Shown piece by piece: positions 19,958 to 29,190 of a DNA stretch of 64,000 nucleotides. The DNA lies in the NCBI GenBank assembly GCA_002733355.1, contig NVVN01000001.1, forward strand, positions 324,073-388,072. The letters are read 5' to 3'. The notes beneath the pieces were generated by a model. It did no database searches, had not been told where the DNA came from, and was given only the letters and a program-made list of their open reading frames with translations. The stretch's first letter is position 1. Each line of letters opens with the position of its first letter. This stretch comes from Sulfurovum sp. (GTDB taxonomy: Bacteria; Campylobacterota; Campylobacteria; Campylobacterales; Sulfurovaceae). The translations under genes and the position numbers were made by a program.

Positions 19958-20695
19958 ATGAAAATATTACTCGCTCCAAGTGAAACAAAAAAATCTGGCG
20001 GAGAACTCTCTTTCAACCCATCATCACTTCTTTTTGAAACATTGGCACCGCATCGTATGAAGCTTTTACATACTTATATTAATATACTACAACAAGGAGA
20101 TATGCAAACACTTTCTAAAATGTTTGGCATCAAAAAAGAAGCTGATATTCTTAAACATAAAAAAGACATTATTCATGAACTTACTATGAAGGCCATAGAA
20201 CGCTACACTGGTGTTGCCTTTGAGTACCTTGGTTATGAGAAATTAAATACTTCTGCACAGCAATACATAGATAATCATGTGATTTTATTTTCTAATTTAT
20301 TTGGACCGATTAAAGCTTCGGATTTGATACCTGAATACAAGCTCAAGCAGGGTGAGGTGGTAGCAGATATAAAACCAGAAAAGTTTTATAAAGAATATTC
20401 TGCACATCTTATGGAAGAGTACCTAAAGGATGAAGAAATCCTAGACCTCCGTGCGGGGTTTTATGATAAGTTTTATAAACCCACCAAACCCTACACTACA
20501 TTAAAATTTATTAAAGACGGTAAAGTAGTGAGTCACTGGGCTAAGGCTTATAGAGGTATTGTCTTACGTGAGATAGCCAAGGCAGGCATAACTTCTATAA
20601 AAGATTTTATGAAGCTGCCTATAGAGGGACTTAACATACAAGAGGTTCAAACCAAGAAAAATAAAACTGAGATTATATATACTATAGAGAACTAA
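19958..20695 (+). CDS. YaaA/DUF328 family (peroxide stress) protein
   Basis: ILLAPSETK, AIERYTGV, IPEYKLK and VSHWAKAYRG motifs. Confidence 0.85.
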   Translation: MKILLAPSETKKSGGELSFNPSSLLFETLAPHRMKLLHTYINILQQGDMQTLSKMFGIKKEADILKHKKDIIHELTMKAIERYTGVAFEYLGYEKLNTSAQQYIDNHVILFSNLFGPIKASDLIPEYKLKQGEVVADIKPEKFYKEYSAHLMEEYLKDEEILDLRAGFYDKFYKPTKPYTTLKFIKDGKVVSHWAKAYRGIVLREIAKAGITSIKDFMKLPIEGLNIQEVQTKKNKTEIIYTIEN

Positions 20696-20802
20696 AGGCT
20701 TAACATGGGACTCCCGAGTAACGACACACTTTATAAAACACTTATATTCCTTCTTATACTTATGGTAATCCTTGGTATACTATTTGATACGGACTACAAT
20801 TA

Positions 20803-21144
20803 ATGGCGAATCATAAAAAAAATCTATTTGAAATGGGTACAGACTTTGGTGACGACTGGTCTTCTGACAATAAAGACAAACCTTCTAAAGAAGTCTATAC
20901 TGAGATTAAAATTCCTGAAAAACATCAACTTCATTTTGCCAAAGAGAAACGTAGAGGTAAAGTAATAACTATAGTCAAACCTTTTTATTTGACCAAGAGT
21001 GATTTACAAGTTTTAGTAAAAACTTTAAAAAAGAAACTTGGTGCAGGAGGAACAATAAAGGAAGATAGCCTAGAGCTTCAAGGTGATATACCGAAGCAGG
21101 TACAAAAACATTTAGAATCTATGGGCTATCACTTTAAAAACTAA
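20803..21144 (+). CDS. SUI1/YciH family translation initiation factor
   Basis: EKRRGKVITIV, LKKKLGAGGTIK and ELQGD. Confidence 0.9.
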   Translation: MANHKKNLFEMGTDFGDDWSSDNKDKPSKEVYTEIKIPEKHQLHFAKEKRRGKVITIVKPFYLTKSDLQVLVKTLKKKLGAGGTIKEDSLELQGDIPKQVQKHLESMGYHFKN

Positions 21145-21746
21145 TCTCTATCCGGTCTTTCTTCTTCAGGGAGTTTACACAGGTCCGCTTCATCAAACAT
21201 CTCTACTTTAGGAATAATTATTGCAATAAGTGCTACCGTGATTCCAAAGATAAGCACAACCATATGCTCATTGCCAGGGAAAAACTCTGGTAACGTAAGT
21301 TTCCCCGAACTCTCACCCATGAGTGGTTTAAAAATATCATCATAATAAAGTGTAAATACAAGTCCTCCCATCAATCCACCGATCGCACCGACCAGTACAT
21401 CTATACGCCCTTCAGCGATGGACACGGGACCTGTACCAGGACACTTACCTAGAATTGCCATGGAAATACCAAAGAGTACTCCTCCAAGAATAAGACCTTG
21501 CCAAATAATCGGTTTAATATGATAATGTGCACCACCAGCTTNAACCATAAAATATAATCCAATACTTGTAAGTCCTACGGTTAAAAAAAGCATCTTTGGG
21601 ACAATTGTGTCTTTAAGCATGGCAAATCCTGCAATTTTTTCGAACTTGTCTACCCTTGTATACTGAATAATACCTCCAAAAATAACACCTATGAGAAATA
21701 CCAATACTAAAGAGCCATCTCCTTGATGAATGACACTTTCAAACAT
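21141..21746 (-). CDS. YeeE/YedE family sulfur-compound transporter subunit; may start at ATA 21800
   Basis: Multi-TM protein with GGVLFGISMAILGKCPGT motif. Confidence 0.85.
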   Translation of the reverse strand: MFESVIHQGDGSLVLVFLIGVIFGGIIQYTRVDKFEKIAGFAMLKDTIVPKMLFLTVGLTSIGLYFMVXAGGAHYHIKPIIWQGLILGGVLFGISMAILGKCPGTGPVSIAEGRIDVLVGAIGGLMGGLVFTLYYDDIFKPLMGESSGKLTLPEFFPGNEHMVVLIFGITVALIAIIIPKVEMFDEADLCKLPEEERPDRD

Positions 21747-21799
21747 TTGCGCGATACGAGAGGGTAAATCTTCTCCTGCTGTTTTTACGATAATTTCTA

Positions 21800-22303
21800 T
21801 TAGTCCTCCTTGGTATGATAAAATAACTTACCAGTGATAACCAAGACAACCATTACCACAGTCCCAAAAATCATTGCAGAAATAGCCATTTGACTCATGC
21901 CNGACATAAAGTGACCAGAGGTACAACCTCCCGCCAGTCTAGCCCCAATAATCATAATAAAACCGGCAAAAAAACTCCACAGGAGCCTTGAGAGAACAGA
22001 ATTATTTTTATATTTTTCCCATCCTGTTGGGATGAGTGAGAAGCGGAAGGTTTTGGTTAAAAAAACGGAAGTGATAAATCCTCCAAATAAAACACCAAAA
22101 AGCATAACACCCTCCCATGCTCCTGAATTTTTTATCTCTTTAAGATAGGTATATTTTTCCGGGTCAAGGTCAAAGAGTATTCCTGAAGAATAGGGTACAT
22201 ACGTTGATGCTCCTATAGGTCTATCTGCGCCAAAAACAGAAAAAGTCATTAACAGTAAACCAGACATTAATATAGCGCCCATCCACCATGGTAATCTATG
22301 CAT
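21800..22303 (-). CDS. YeeE/YedE family sulfur-compound transporter subunit
   Basis: Multi-TM protein with GARLAGGCTSGH motif. Confidence 0.88.
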   Translation of the reverse strand: MHRLPWWMGAILMSGLLLMTFSVFGADRPIGASTYVPYSSGILFDLDPEKYTYLKEIKNSGAWEGVMLFGVLFGGFITSVFLTKTFRFSLIPTGWEKYKNNSVLSRLLWSFFAGFIMIIGARLAGGCTSGHFMXGMSQMAISAMIFGTVVMVVLVITGKLFYHTKED

Positions 22304-22339
22304 AATGTATCCTTTTTTATAGAAAAGAACTGAACATCC

Positions 22340-23668
22340 TCATAGTGTTTTCTTTAAATACTTCTGGTAAAGCTCCAATGTAATATGCATATAATCTGAC
22401 TTTACATAATTGGGTCTTACCTTGGCTATCTCGTCCTCTGTTTCTTCCAAGCTATAGCCCTTAAAAATCAACCATGCTGAAACAAGTAAAACACTTCTAG
22501 AAAGTCCTAATGCACAGTGCACATATACACCTTCATCTTGATAAGCTTCTATATGCTGTACCCCTACATGTAATGCTTCTGAGCTTTGTATAGTTTGATC
22601 TAAAAAAGGAAGCCTAATTTGAGAAAATACAGTTTTTTGTATCTGCTGTTCTGTAGCTAGGTTAATAGCCATACCAATACATTTTTCTACTAATACTTGA
22701 TATTCCTCTTGACTTGGATATCGCCCAAAATAGACATTGTCTTTAAGTTTTACCATAAGGGATAGTTTTCTTTTGTAGTACTGCCACGATAGGTAATTGC
22801 CTAAAAAGTATGGTGCAAAAAGTACCCACTGCCACCATGATGCTTTGGCATTTTTACCTGCAAGCAAAATATTAAGCCCAAAAGCATAGATAATACTAAC
22901 AAGTAAAAGTGAAGTAAATATCCAAAGAAAAAACCATGAACCCCACGAAGATAGATAAAAAGCCATAAGCATAGACAATACTGCCCCAACAATGTAATAA
23001 AGAGCCATTTTTAAAGAACGGGGTGTGGTGAAGCCATGTGTAAATACACTTTGTTTTTCTTTTTTTATTATATACAAAGCAAGTAGTCCTACCATAGCTC
23101 CTGTAGGAATATCTATAAAATGATGCTGATACACCAATACTGTTGAAAGTGCTATGAGCCAAAACCATAGTGCAGTAAATATTTTAATCCATCTGTTTTT
23201 GATATATTTTTTCATAGAACTCCAAAGAACTATAGCAAATGCAACATGGAGTGAGGGTAGTTGGTTAAAAGGCAAATCTGCCTCAAGTATACCAAACAAA
23301 AAGGTAAAACTCTGTATCTCTGGTTTTTCAAAAGAAAACTGCAAAGGAAAGAGTACAAAAACCATACATGACAAAAGTATAATAAATAAAATCCTCGCAG
23401 CAAGTACACGAAGTTCAAGTCTAGTATAAGACATGAAAAAAGCAATAACAAACATGATATCAGATGACATATAAGGCACAATAAATGCTTCTATAAATGG
23501 TATCTGTTGTTCCCATACCATCCAAAAAGAAGGATGAGGGGAAGTAAGTCCTGCATATTGATTGGAAGAACCATACAGCAAAAAGAAGAAAATACCCATG
23601 TAGAGCATCCATACAAACTTCTCTTTGGTCACTGCCTTAGCATCTAAATGATGGTCAAACGCATACAT
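22340..23668 (-). CDS. YnbD-like fusion of a PAP2-like membrane domain and a dual-specificity phosphatase
   Basis: FNQLPSLH and YQHHFID (PAP2-like); VHCALGLSRS (HCX5R); start taken at ATG 23668. Confidence 0.85.
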   Translation of the reverse strand: MYAFDHHLDAKAVTKEKFVWMLYMGIFFFLLYGSSNQYAGLTSPHPSFWMVWEQQIPFIEAFIVPYMSSDIMFVIAFFMSYTRLELRVLAARILFIILLSCMVFVLFPLQFSFEKPEIQSFTFLFGILEADLPFNQLPSLHVAFAIVLWSSMKKYIKNRWIKIFTALWFWLIALSTVLVYQHHFIDIPTGAMVGLLALYIIKKEKQSVFTHGFTTPRSLKMALYYIVGAVLSMLMAFYLSSWGSWFFLWIFTSLLLVSIIYAFGLNILLAGKNAKASWWQWVLFAPYFLGNYLSWQYYKRKLSLMVKLKDNVYFGRYPSQEEYQVLVEKCIGMAINLATEQQIQKTVFSQIRLPFLDQTIQSSEALHVGVQHIEAYQDEGVYVHCALGLSRSVLLVSAWLIFKGYSLEETEDEIAKVRPNYVKSDYMHITLELYQKYLKKTL

Positions 23669-23669
23669 A

Positions 23670-25388
23670 CTATTTGCCCATAAACTTCGCAGAAGACACT
23701 GTAAAAATACCCCAATCATCTATACGCATACTCTCTTTTTCAAAACCTCTAAGCCTAAACATATGGTCAAGTTCATACTGACTACGACGACGCATAATCC
23801 ATTTAGTATTTTGATGATTTCCTAATACATTGGCTATTTGCTCCAGCTGTGGATGCCATGGTTGCCCTGTGTAGAGTAAATACCCTCCATCTTCAACGAT
23901 GGAAGCTACACCATCCATAGCAATGCCTATCAACTNATTGTCTTCAAAGAGTTCAAAGACACCTGAGATGATGGCNATATTTGGTCTATANCCATCCACA
24001 TCATAATTGTTAGCATCAAAAGCNTCACTTTGTGNATANGTGATGTTTTTNAAACCNCTCTCTTTTGCCAAAGCTCTGCCCTNTTCTACATTTTGCTCTT
24101 GGTAGTCACGCACTTGCACCTCAACTTCTGGGTATTTCTCTGCTATTTCTATGAGATACCTTGCAGGCCCTCCTGCGATGTCTAAGATGCGTACTTTTTC
24201 ACCTTTTTCTTGCAGTAAAGCTATCTTCTCTTCTGTGGCTTTTATCATATTTACTTTTCTTTGTCGTATACCTTTCCAGCCTATGCTCCCTAGGTAATTT
24301 TTGTCTATCATCTTCCCTAGCCATGTTACTCCTGATGGTTCATTTTTATANANATGGTCAAGNGTCACNCCAGAGTCAAAACCATACTTTAGTCCTATCT
24401 TCATACCATCACTCAGAAAGCCTAGTTTTTGCATCATTTGACGCTGTATAAAATAGTTTGCTTCTTTATAGAGTGGCAAAGTCCCATAAGCAATTTTATC
24501 TTGCTCTTGTTTTGTAGTTTTAACCGTCTCTTCAACGATGTTCACTTCTTCATATTCAAAGCACTGCTCCATAAAAGATGCTATCTCATCTATGGCTTTT
24601 TGATGTTCACTTTCATAAAGTACGCCATGATAAAACCCTTCTAATTGTACAAACCTTTTTAATGGAGAAGCCAATGAGGCATAAAAATCTCCCTGTACTT
24701 TAGAATCTACCACATAGTCTTTTGTAGCAGAGAGTATTAGCATAGGTACAGCGATAAGCCTTGAATCTCCCACTACCCTAGAGGCAGTATCTAGTAATGT
24801 TGTGAGTTGTCTAGCAGGTATGTTTGGAGTGATAAGCATGTCTTCATCATAGCGTTTTTGCTCCTCTAATTCATGGGTAAGAAACTTTGACTTCACGTAA
24901 GACTTTATGTTCATCTTTGGCTTAAATTTTACAGCCAGTTTTAAAAATTCTTTAGCAAAAGGGAAATAGAGCTTTATTTTAAATGCAGGTGCTATGAGTG
25001 CCAAACCTCTTACTTTAGGTGCATAATCATGCACCCAAGTACTAGCAGTCACCCCAGCTACGGAGTTAGCGATGATAAATACATCTTCTTGACGCTTACC
25101 TTCTTTGTCACAAACAAAAGAGACAAAGGCATCTAAATCACGCACCAAATCCATAAACTCATAAGCGGCTTCTGCTTTGCTATGTCCATGCCCTCTGTTG
25201 TCATAAGAAAATATCTTATAGCCTGCAAACTCTGCTTTGGCTGCGATACTTTCTAAACGCCCAGAGTGTTCATGTCCACGGTGTAAGATAATGAGTAAGC
25301 GTCCATTAGGTTCTACATCGTGTTCCCATTCTCTATAAAATAGTTCGCTCTCATCAAAACTCTTAAATGTACTTTCTGTTGTTTTCAT
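23670..25388 (-). CDS. YnbC-like fusion of an alpha/beta hydrolase and a SAM-dependent methyltransferase
   Basis: HRGHEHSGR, DNRGHG, ANSVAG nucleophile elbow; C-terminal LDIAGGPARY and GQPWHPQLE...WIMRRRSQ. Confidence 0.88.
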   Translation of the reverse strand: MKTTESTFKSFDESELFYREWEHDVEPNGRLLIILHRGHEHSGRLESIAAKAEFAGYKIFSYDNRGHGHSKAEAAYEFMDLVRDLDAFVSFVCDKEGKRQEDVFIIANSVAGVTASTWVHDYAPKVRGLALIAPAFKIKLYFPFAKEFLKLAVKFKPKMNIKSYVKSKFLTHELEEQKRYDEDMLITPNIPARQLTTLLDTASRVVGDSRLIAVPMLILSATKDYVVDSKVQGDFYASLASPLKRFVQLEGFYHGVLYESEHQKAIDEIASFMEQCFEYEEVNIVEETVKTTKQEQDKIAYGTLPLYKEANYFIQRQMMQKLGFLSDGMKIGLKYGFDSXVXLDHXYKNEPSGVTWLGKMIDKNYLGSIGWKGIRQRKVNMIKATEEKIALLQEKGEKVRILDIAGGPARYLIEIAEKYPEVEVQVRDYQEQNVEXGRALAKEXGXKNIXYXQSXAFDANNYDVDXYRPNXAIISGVFELFEDNXLIGIAMDGVASIVEDGGYLLYTGQPWHPQLEQIANVLGNHQNTKWIMRRRSQYELDHMFRLRGFEKESMRIDDWGIFTVSSAKFMGK

Positions 25389-26017
25389 TTATTATCCCTT
25401 ATATAGTGTTCTTCTAATGTCTTAATCGTTTTCTCCAGTCTCATAGTAAACATATTATTGTCTTCATCTCCATAAAACAAAGACTCACCAACATGTACAT
25501 CTATAATAAAAGGTACAAAAAGTCCTTCTCCTTTAGGTAAAGCCTTGCCTGCTCCATGTATATACACTGGCACTACAGGCACAGAGGGAAACGCTTTTGC
25601 CAAATGGGCAATACCCGTTTTAAAAGTACTCATCTCTTCAGGGACTCCACGACTCCCTTCTGGGAACACTATAACTATATCTCCATTTTTTAAAGCCTTT
25701 TGTACACCCAGTAAAGGATGTCCTTCTTCTTTTGAAGGTCGCCTCTTCAGAGGTATAATGCCTAGAATATTCAAAGAAAACCATGCAAAGTATTTGTTTT
25801 TCATGAAATAGTCAGCTGCAGCTACCGGTCTAATACTGTTGATGTTTTTCAAAGGGAAAACACTCATCAAGACCATAGTGTCCAAGTGGCTATTATGATT
25901 TGCAGCGATGATACAAGGGCCTTTTATAGGTAGCTTCTCTTTACCTATAACATGCACACCTGAGACTATAAGAACTATAGGTCGGACGAACAATGCAAAA
26001 AATATTTTTTTTAACAT
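25385..26017 (-). CDS. Lysophospholipid acyltransferase (PlsC family)
   Basis: NHNSHLD (HX4D) and FPEGSRG motifs. Confidence 0.92.
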   Translation of the reverse strand: MLKKIFFALFVRPIVLIVSGVHVIGKEKLPIKGPCIIAANHNSHLDTMVLMSVFPLKNINSIRPVAAADYFMKNKYFAWFSLNILGIIPLKRRPSKEEGHPLLGVQKALKNGDIVIVFPEGSRGVPEEMSTFKTGIAHLAKAFPSVPVVPVYIHGAGKALPKGEGLFVPFIIDVHVGESLFYGDEDNNMFTMRLEKTIKTLEEHYIRDNK

Positions 26018-26026
26018 CTAACTTTC

Positions 26027-26935
26027 CTAATAATACAAATAATAAACATAATGNAAAAACAAAGGTGCAGTGTANATGAGGCTATCTACTCTATCTAGTA
26101 TGCCTCCATGACCAGGTAGCATATTGCCAGAGTCTTTTACGCCGATGTCTCGCTTTATCATTGAAACCACCACATCTCCTATAAAGCCTGCCCAAGAGAT
26201 AATCATCCCTGCGATTAAAGCTTCATACCACGTAAACGGTGTTAAAAAAGAAAAAAGAACTGCTAACATAGATATGCTTACAAACGCACCTAAAAAACCT
26301 TCTACTGTTTTATTGGGACTAACTTTTGGAATAATCTTTCTTTTTCCTATAGACTTACCCCATACATATTGTAAAACATCATTAAGCTCGGTAAGTAGTA
26401 CCAAATAAAGAACCAATTCTGTTCCTCCTACACTGTTACTACCTACAGGTGATAAGGTAATCATATATGCTAAATGAGAAAGACCAAAAACGAACATCAT
26501 AAGTCCCCACTGAACCCTAGAAGTATTTTCTAGGAAACCTTGTGTTTCCCCTATAAGAACTTGTCTAAAAGGTAAAATTAAAAACATTAATACAGGTATC
26601 CAAATGATAAACATACCATACCATTCAATACCTGCAAAATAGTACTGAGGAACGATAGCTAGGTATGCATAAAACATCACCCGTCTATCGGTCTGTCGTG
26701 AGGGTATAAGCGAGAAATACTCTTTCAATGCCAAGTAAGACAATAGTCCAAAGAAGAACATTGCCATCGTTGTATTTAATATAGCTCCCACTGTAAAAAA
26801 TGCAATGATTATCCACCATGAATTGATGCGGTCTTTGAGTTCTTGTGTAGGAAACTTACTATAAATTAACGCTGTAGATACTACTAATGTTAGCAGTATA
26901 AATCCTAATACCCATCCTGCTTCATAGCTTATCAT
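26027..26935 (-). CDS. Phosphatidate cytidylyltransferase (YnbB/CdsA-like)
   Basis: SPNKTVEG and KRDIGVKDSGNMLPGHGGILDRVDS. Confidence 0.92.
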   Translation of the reverse strand: MISYEAGWVLGFILLTLVVSTALIYSKFPTQELKDRINSWWIIIAFFTVGAILNTTMAMFFFGLLSYLALKEYFSLIPSRQTDRRVMFYAYLAIVPQYYFAGIEWYGMFIIWIPVLMFLILPFRQVLIGETQGFLENTSRVQWGLMMFVFGLSHLAYMITLSPVGSNSVGGTELVLYLVLLTELNDVLQYVWGKSIGKRKIIPKVSPNKTVEGFLGAFVSISMLAVLFSFLTPFTWYEALIAGMIISWAGFIGDVVVSMIKRDIGVKDSGNMLPGHGGILDRVDSLXYTAPLFXHYVYYLYY

Positions 26936-27528
26936 GATGACAACCCTCTTCTGGCTCTATTAATTACGGTAGCTACACCTAAACCTATGGAAAGAAGTAA
27001 AAGTCCATCTGACCACCATCCTGGGGTAAGCCCAAGACCTATAAGTAGTGCCAAAAGACCTACGACAAAGGCTCTGTCACTTTTCCCCATAGGCCCATCA
27101 TAACGGCGTGTTTTACCAATAACCGCCCCAAGTATACCTGCTACTTCCGTAAACAAGCCTACTACTACAAATAGTACCACCAAAATAGGTGAAACCCCTG
27201 CTATAAATGCCAAAGGCAAATACAAAGCCACATCAGAGATGACATCGCCAAGCTCATTAAGCATTGCACCTTCATCGCTCATCATGTCGTGCTCTTTGGC
27301 TAATATACCATCGATGGCATTGAGTGCCATACGTATAAACATTACAAAGGGAATAAGTAAAAGTATCCAAGATGCCCCTTGAGTTATTGCAACAAGAACC
27401 CCTGTCACAATAGAGAGTATAAGTGCTGCCAATGTTACTTCATTAGGCGTAATCCCTTGTATATGTAATGTATCCACTATAGGACGAAGCAGTGCCTGAA
27501 ATTTTGGTTTTAAATCATAAATAGTCAT
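26932..27528 (-). CDS. CDP-alcohol phosphatidyltransferase family protein (YnbA-like)
   Basis: NAIDGILAK...GAMLNELGDVISD (variant of DxxDGxxAR...GxxxDxxxD) and GPMGKSDRAF. Confidence 0.9.
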   Translation of the reverse strand: MTIYDLKPKFQALLRPIVDTLHIQGITPNEVTLAALILSIVTGVLVAITQGASWILLLIPFVMFIRMALNAIDGILAKEHDMMSDEGAMLNELGDVISDVALYLPLAFIAGVSPILVVLFVVVGLFTEVAGILGAVIGKTRRYDGPMGKSDRAFVVGLLALLIGLGLTPGWWSDGLLLLSIGLGVATVINRARRGLSS

Positions 27529-27565
27529 TCTATTCCTACTTTTTAAAATATGACTATTATACTAT

Positions 27566-28840
27566 TTATTTTCCTATAGCCAATGCATATAAAACCATCT
27601 CATCATTTCCTACAAATTCATTTACCTCATCATCGTAGTATGCACCTATACCTGAACACCCTATGTCCAGGTATTGTGCGATGACATAAAGTCTTTGCCC
27701 TATGATACCTGCTTTTTGGTAGAGGGCTTGGTAGTTTTTTCCCTTAGAAGTTAAAAAGAATGCCACGGCTCCTTGTTGAGAAAGAGAGTATTGTTCCAAA
27801 CTCAAATAGCCTGCTTGTTTGGCAAAGTCCCCGTATTCTATATATTTACCATCTTTGCACAGTCCCAATGGCATATTTAACACACGGTTCACCACCACAT
27901 AAATGTTCACCTCCTCATCACAATCGGAAGGAATGGGTGCTTGTATGACATCCATGATGTAATTAAAATGCCCTTTCGTAATAGCCCCTTCATTAAAACC
28001 TCGTTGTGAGCGACGCCTAAAAAGAGTCTCTTGTAGTCTTGTGATATCATAGTTAAACTTTGGTACTTGCTTTTGCACTTGACATGCCTCCAGCTTCACT
28101 GTTTCGTTATAGGCTTGTTCTATCATCTCATTTTTTTCAAAGCTTCTACTGCCATCAATGTAAAGCAGCTCAAACTCCATAGCTTTTACTTGTGTCCCCT
28201 GCATAGGGACTGCCATCGATGCACCTGATAAAAACCACTCACGCCCTTCAAAGCCAAACATACGGTTAAGCTTTTCTTTTTCAAGTGTATACACCATCTC
28301 CACCATACGAGGCTTGAGTAGTGCTGAGGCCTCGATGCTACCTAAGAGATGTCCTGCATCTAAGAGACAGTAACGAAAAGCACGGTTTTTATATTTCCAC
28401 GAAGATCTATAGTAAATAGCTGAAACNAAAAAGAGGTATCCTTGCATAGCAGTAGTAAATCCAAAGTAAGGCTCTAGCCCTTCTTCATCACTAATACTTT
28501 GTAGCAGCGCTAAAGAAGAGCTACTCACTTCATAGTGGTATATACCGTCTTCTTTCCCCTCTACCCCTCGCACTTGAAAGTAAAGTTCATTGGGGTAAAG
28601 TGCTCCTGCAGAAGGATTGATACGAAGGTAGTACTCTCCGCTTGGATAGCTTTTCTTTGCCGTTAAACCTGCGATATGATAAAGAAAATTATCTTCCTCA
28701 CTGTCTAAATCTAGTTTTACTTTCTTGTAGCTGTCTGGATAGATTTTATATGTATTAGGCTTGTCGTCCCACTCTACGCGGTTTGGATTAGTACGTACAG
28801 AATTATAAGAATGTTTAGTCGTTGCATGATACCAAAACAT
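27566..28840 (-). CDS. SagB/ThcOx-type tandem nitroreductase-fold dehydrogenase
   Basis: LRINPSAGALYP, WKYKNRAFRYCLLDAGH, RRRSQR and GCSGIGAYYDD. Confidence 0.88.
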   Translation of the reverse strand: MFWYHATTKHSYNSVRTNPNRVEWDDKPNTYKIYPDSYKKVKLDLDSEEDNFLYHIAGLTAKKSYPSGEYYLRINPSAGALYPNELYFQVRGVEGKEDGIYHYEVSSSSLALLQSISDEEGLEPYFGFTTAMQGYLFXVSAIYYRSSWKYKNRAFRYCLLDAGHLLGSIEASALLKPRMVEMVYTLEKEKLNRMFGFEGREWFLSGASMAVPMQGTQVKAMEFELLYIDGSRSFEKNEMIEQAYNETVKLEACQVQKQVPKFNYDITRLQETLFRRRSQRGFNEGAITKGHFNYIMDVIQAPIPSDCDEEVNIYVVVNRVLNMPLGLCKDGKYIEYGDFAKQAGYLSLEQYSLSQQGAVAFFLTSKGKNYQALYQKAGIIGQRLYVIAQYLDIGCSGIGAYYDDEVNEFVGNDEMVLYALAIGK

Positions 28841-29190
28841 TAATTGAAAATCTCACTGTGTTTTATTTTTAAAGTTTCGATTTTTTCTCCAGCTTCTTTA
28901 AATAAAACATAATATTCTATCTCTTCTACNCACAGGTGTTTATGACGTTCATACGAGACAATGACCGTTTGTGCTTTCTTTTTTACATTTTTACGATTAC
29001 GCTTAATGTGTTCAAAGGTTATCGCAGCATTGATGTAACCTTTAGCAAGGTTTGCCAAAGGATGTTTTTTCAANCGTAAAGGATGCCATGCCTCTTCCAT
29101 CACTTCATGTGCCTCAAAATATTCCTCTTCATCTAAAAGCTTGAGATACACTTTTAGTGCTCCTTCTAAATCTTCATTCATGGTTAACAT
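28840..29190 (-). CDS. DUF309 family protein
   Basis: EYFEAHEVMEEAW motif. Confidence 0.85.
   Translation of the reverse strand: MLTMNEDLEGALKVYLKLLDEEEYFEAHEVMEEAWHPLXLKKHPLANLAKGYINAAITFEHIKRNRKNVKKKAQTVIVSYERHKHLXVEEIEYYVLFKEAGEKIETLKIKHSEIFN

Noticed and set aside
27566..28840. RiPP (azole-containing peptide) cluster around the SagB-like dehydrogenase
   Set aside because: No YcaO cyclodehydratase, precursor peptide or exporter nearby; stand-alone SagB-like nitroreductases are common.
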